In this document: positions 7,127-10,855 of the stretch, piece after piece | Position numbering within the stretch: position 1 is the first letter of the stretch | Layout: every line of letters begins with the position of its first letter | Position numbers and translations under genes: made by a program | Assembly (NCBI RefSeq): GCF_006345805.1 | Contig: NW_021827258.1 | Span: 1-10,855 of the forward strand | Length of the DNA: 10,855 nt | From: Octopus sinensis | Taxonomy: Eukaryota | Reading direction: 5' to 3' | Notes under the pieces: model-generated | The model's database searches: none | What the model was told of the DNA's origin: nothing | The model's input: only the letters and a program-made list of their open reading frames with translations

Positions 7127-7743
7127 CAATTGTCAAGAAGGCCGAGGGTGTCTTGGCATCACTCAGCAAGACTTTTGTTAGCCGCTCTCCAGCCATCTAT
7201 TTAAAACTGTATACAGCTATGATACGACCACACTTGGAATTCGCATCATCAGTTTGGAACCCCTATCTTGCTCAGAACATTGACCTCCTGGAATCTGTCC
7301 AGAGACGTGCAACCAAACGCATACCCTCCATCAGACACCTACCATACTCTGAGCGCCTTGTTTCCCTGGGCATGGATTCACTGAAGCTCCGGCGTCTGGT
7401 GACGGACTTGGTAAACACCCACACCCACAAAGTTATCAACCACCTCACCAACAACAACACTGAACACCTTTTTGATCTCCATGTGTCTAACACACGTGGA
7501 CATGCCTACAAAGTTAGAAAACAACACAGCTCCCATGACTTTCGGAAACATTTTTTCACGCTCAGAGTTGCTGAAGCATGGAATAAACTGCCTGCGTCAG
7601 TTGTTGACTGCCATGACACTGCATCCTTTAAGGCCCTCATGCTTTACGAAATCTGCCGAAACTACACCTGATTATATATACACTTTAGATGAGTTGTAGT
7701 GCACCTGAGCACTGTACACAATTATTATTATTATTATTATTAT
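7127..7743 (+). mobile_element. 5'-truncated CR1-clade LINE (RT C-terminal region, 3' UTR and (ATT)n tail)
   Basis: Frame 7129-7671 has LYTAMIRPHLEFASSVWNP, LESVQRRATK, LRR..DL, TRGH, FFTLRV..WNKLP and SFK motifs typical of CR1/L2-group ORF2 C-termini. 3' hairpin gtgc-acctga-gcac and (ATT)n tail at 7721-7743. Confidence 0.9.
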
Positions 7744-8042
7744 ATTTAGGCCCACAAAGGGATAGACTAAACTTACCAAACCTTCTCTGTCTCATAAGGC
7801 AGTCAACAATTCTAACAACTCAGTAATTATCTCATTTAATAATCACCTGATAGGTTTTACTCTTAGTTCTTAGTTTTGTATTGTTTTTCATATATTTGTG
7901 CTAAATCTGCGACAAAAACATTGTCATTTCACCTCTAGACATCTTTAATCAACATTCGTCTCATCTTCTGCTTAATTCCAGTGTCAACCAAGTTGTGAAT
8001 CGAAGATCCAGCCTAGAACACGACACACAACTTCAAGATGGA

Positions 8043-8140
8043 TATATACATACATATATAATATATATATATATATATATTATATATATAATATATATAT
8101 ATATATAGACCACACACACACATATATATATATATATATA
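8043..8140. repeat. Compound (TA)n/(CA)n microsatellite
   Basis: Seen directly. Confidence 0.9.
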
Positions 8141-8151
8141 ATTATTATTTG

Positions 8152-8394
8152 AGGGAATAAAACCAAACTTACAAGGAAAAAGAAATCAATTTAGAAATAC
8201 TAAATCAAATTCCACACAATATAATATATATGTGAAATATTAGAAAAGAACCACCTTTTATCAATTCAAAATGAATAATTAAATTACACCATCTAGAAAA
8301 TTACATATACTAGAAAAGTTACAATTAAAATAGATGGTGTAATTCAATTATTCATTTTGAATTGATAAAAAGGTGGGGTTTTTTTCTAATATTT
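8152..8394. repeat. AT-rich fold-back element 1 (inverted arms 8235-8295 and 8331-8394)
   Basis: ~60-bp near-perfect inverted repeat with a 35-bp spacer, preceded by the motif AGGGAATAAAACCAAACTTACAAGGAAAAA. Confidence 0.75.
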
Positions 8395-8426
8395 TATATA
8401 TATATATATATATATAATAAAATATT

Positions 8427-8754
8427 AGGGAATAAATCCAAACTTACAGGGAAAAATCAGATTTAGGATTGAATCCAATTTTATAGTAAAATATTATATT
8501 ATATTAAATTAGAGATAAAACCACTATTAGGCAAATCATGCAATGAAAAACTTAAGCCACTACATAAGATTAATTAATTTATATTATTTTAAATATATAT
8601 CAAAATTATTAAAAAAAATTATTAAAAAAAGATAATTATCTTTTTTTTAATAATTTTGATATATATTTAAAATAATATAAATTAATTAATCTTATGTATT
8701 GGCTTAAGTTTTTCATTGTATAATTGGCCTAATAGTGGTTTTATCTCTAATTTA

Positions 8755-8763
<9 letters not shown>
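8427..8763. repeat. AT-rich fold-back element 2 (palindrome ~8496-8763 centred at 8635/8636)
   Basis: ~130-bp arms with essentially no spacer (GATAA/TTATC centre), preceded by the motif AGGGAATAAATCCAAACTTACAGGGAAAAA. Flanked by (TA)n. Confidence 0.8.
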
Positions 8764-8791
<28 letters not shown>

Positions 8792-8838
8792 GTTCTCTTT
8801 GTTATTGGTTACTACTAGTAATCTTTAATCTTAATTAC

Positions 8839-8973
8839 CCACATCACAGTTCTCCAGAATGTAATCAGATGTGGGGAAATATCTGAAGATATTTCAATGT
8901 CATTCATCCTCCTGAATAAAACCGGTCGAACAGAAAGTGACATCAGGTCTAACAGGAAGTGATATCTCGTGAC
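8839..8973 (-). pseudogene. Candidate decayed exon (135 bp, phase 1-1): HEISLPVRPDVTFCSTGFIQEDE*H*NIFRYFPTSDYILENCDV
   Basis: Acceptor ttaatttag, donor GTGG/gtaatt. Length is a multiple of 3 and the phase matches the RING exon. Two in-frame TGA (8900-8902, 8894-8896). Confidence 0.3.
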
Positions 8974-9583
8974 CTAAATTAACACACTACATTCACACAA
9001 AACCTCATTAACGACATAAAACTTGTCATCCGCACATTATTGCTGTGAAAATATTTGAAACGGTTCAGAAGAACTGATACTCAGGAATACTAATCTATAC
9101 ATCAATCAAAGTTTCCCCACCCTTTTGATGTCCCCTCTCTAATGTTGGTCCCTAAACCCTCAGTTGAGATTTTCTTATTGAATCTCCTACTTTATAAAGG
9201 CTCACTCTGATATTCAATTAAGTGTAGTTGTTTTTAATTACAAACTTCCATAGCTATTGATAAATCATTAATCACTCTAATCACACACAAAATGTCGGTA
9301 TTTACTGAGAGAACCTTGGAGATTTATTGATATTTAGTCACCGTTTTTAATTCAGTAGCCTTTATTATTCTTATGTTGCAGAAAGTAACCATCTTGAAGC
9401 GTGACAAAGTCTTCTAATTGGACAAGAACAAAGTTTAGTGGGTGAAGTGAGAGATATGGTATCACAAAGACACCTGGAACATCTTTTACCAAAAGTCTGC
9501 TGGATCTACACAACAACATGAAATACAATATTCCACACCATAAAGCCCATGAGACAAACAGACAGATCATACAGTATTCTTAC

Positions 9584-9726
9584 CCAAACTACTTTTGCTC
9601 GTTATATTCTGGCCACACATAGGGCATCGTTTAGGCATCTTTCGGGGAGAGCATTTCTTACATAACAACAGATGTTTACACGGAAGAAACTTCTCTGTGG
9701 CCACTTCGTCTTCACAAAACACACAT
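9584..9726 (-). CDS. RING finger exon (C3HC4): CVFCEDEVATEKFLPCKHLLLCKKCSPRKMPKRCPMCGQNITSKSSL
   Basis: C-x2-C-x11-C-x-H-x3-C-x2-C-x8-C-x2-C spacing with the PCxH and CPMC motifs typical of Mind-bomb/IAP-type RINGs. Acceptor tttcttcttcctcag, donor G/gtaaga. 143 bp, phase 2 to phase 1, no lesions. Confidence 0.88.
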
Positions 9727-9882
9727 CTGAGGAAGAAGAAATATAAACACAGCCCTTCAATAACATTCATTTATAACAAATATAAATGTGTGTACATACT
9801 CAGAGTACAAAATATCACGAGACACAACAATTAAGCAATTACATACAGGGAAATATGTATGTGTTTACAAGTGCTATGCAGA

Positions 9883-9918
9883 CACACACACACACACACA
9901 TATATATACATATATATA
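9883..9918. repeat. (CA)n(TA)n microsatellite
   Basis: Seen directly. Confidence 0.9.
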
Positions 9919-10366
9919 CATCATCATCATCATCGTTTAACGTCTGCTTTCCATGCTAGCATGGGTTGGACGGTTCAACTGGGGTCTGGCAAGCCCGAAG
10001 GCTGCACCAGGCCAGTCAGATCTGGCAGTGTTTCTACAGCTGGATGCCCTTCCTAATGCCAACCACTCCGAGGTGTAGTGGGTGATTTTATGTGCCACCG
10101 ACACAGGTGCCAGACGAGGCTGGCAGACAGCCACGCTCGGATGGTGTTTTTATGTGCCACCGACACAGGTGCCAGACGAGGCTGGCGAACAGCCACGATC
10201 GGATGGTGTTTGTTACGTGCCCACAGCACGGAGGCCAGTCGATGCGGTACTGGCTGCGGCCACGTTCGGATGGTTTTCTTATGTGCCACCGGCACTGGTA
10301 CCACAAGGATACAAATTCCATTGATGTTCATTTATTTTGATTTAGTTTGATTTGATTTGATTTGAT
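9919..10366 (-). mobile_element. RTE-tailed non-autonomous retroposon with internal 62-66 bp tandem repeats and an (AAATC)n 5' end
   Basis: (CAT)n at 9919-9933 is the minus-strand (GAT)n tail. 9934-10070 is homologous to 2249-2386. Repeat units start at 10089, 10151, 10214 and 10280. (GATTT)n at ~10339-10366. Confidence 0.75.
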
Positions 10367-10382
10367 ATATAAGTAGTTGAAT

Positions 10383-10479
10383 GAATTATCTTATTAAGGA
10401 TAATTCAAATTAACCGATATCGAATTAACCAGGTATCGGTTAATTCGAATTTGCTACCCAGGTATCGGTTAATTCGAAT
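10383..10479. repeat. Cluster of short hairpins and a 22-bp direct repeat
   Basis: Hairpin gaattatc..gataattc (10383-10406), hairpin aattaaccgata..tatcggttaatt (10408-10444), and ccaggtatcggttaattcgaat twice (10429-10450, 10458-10479). Confidence 0.7.
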
Positions 10480-10827
10480 CCTTCCTATTCTTATGCCTCT
10501 CTCCTCCAACTTCGTTTGAACCCTTGAACCTTTAGAACCTTCTAGATTCTTCTACATTCAACCACTTTGACGTCACTCCTTATAAAGGAATATTTTAAAG
10601 AGTCACTCATTTTCGCTATGAGCTCCGTGTGAGCAATCATATAAAAGTTTTTTGTGCATTTTGATGTTGACATAAGTTCCTTGCTTTTCCTGATGAGAAA
10701 GCGGCATAATATACTCCTTATTCCTTCGCAATCAGGAATATGCAGCCTTCGAAACATATGTCGAAAATAAAGAATTTTGTTAATTCGGCGTTCAGCTCCA
10801 TTCTTTCATATATTTATATTTTTTTAA

Positions 10828-10855
10828 TATATATATATATATGTATATGTATATA
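10828..10855. repeat. (TA)n microsatellite at the window end
   Basis: Seen directly. Confidence 0.9.

Larger units (their letters stand above)
1..9726 (-). pseudogene. Multi-exon RING-finger (C3HC4, MIB/IAP-like RING spacing) gene with an unassigned C-terminal region; probably pseudogenised; both ends may extend beyond what is recognisable
   Basis: Minus-strand GT-AG exons with compatible phases: 9584-9726, 6914-6964, 4348-4419, then 1014-~1310 joined in phase 0 to 648-909. The 3' part has in-frame stops (1291-1293, 103-105), a probable +1 frameshift (GGG 1238-1240) and a Helitron inside an exon. Joining all exons into one gene is inference. Confidence 0.6.

Noticed and set aside
7272-7699. 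ORFs 7272..7493 and 7472..7699
   Set aside because: Alternative-frame and antisense shadows of the LINE ORF2 fragment.
7777-7848. Candidate minus-strand exon with a good donor (gtaagt at 7771-7776)
   Set aside because: Acceptors are weak, and phase-1 reading from the plausible ones hits stops.
9352-9570. ORF MICLFVSW...KGY as a coding exon
   Set aside because: It starts in the intron after the RING exon, its frame is incompatible with the phase-1 donor at the good acceptor, and it has no convincing donor.
10053-10350. CRISPR-like array or repeat-protein ORFs in several frames
   Set aside because: The units are contiguous with no unique spacers, the context is eukaryotic, and the overlapping ORFs reflect a stop-poor tandem repeat.

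Overview
AT-rich, repeat-dense eukaryotic genomic DNA. The repeat families look like octopus/cephalopod elements as I remember them; this is not verified by a search. About half the window is mobile DNA: two non-autonomous Helitrons, five copies or fragments of a tRNA/CORE-like SINE with an internal microsatellite, three copies or fragments of a second tRNA-derived SINE, a third SINE, two RTE-tailed elements, a 5'-truncated CR1-type LINE, a long-TIR MITE-like element and two AT-rich fold-back elements. Between the repeats runs a minus-strand, multi-exon gene. It has an intact C3HC4 RING exon (9584-9726), small phase-1 linker exons and a C-terminal region I cannot assign to a family. That C-terminal part carries stops, probable frameshifts and SINE/Helitron insertions, so the gene is probably a decaying pseudogene, possibly with a surviving RING-terminated isoform. 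The most notable observations are a minimal hammerhead-ribozyme-like motif nested in a SINE microsatellite, a Helitron inserted in a coding exon that supplies a new in-frame C-terminus, and a duplicated exon-intron unit that preserves the empty site of the second Helitron. Most ORFs in the supplied track are repeat artefacts.
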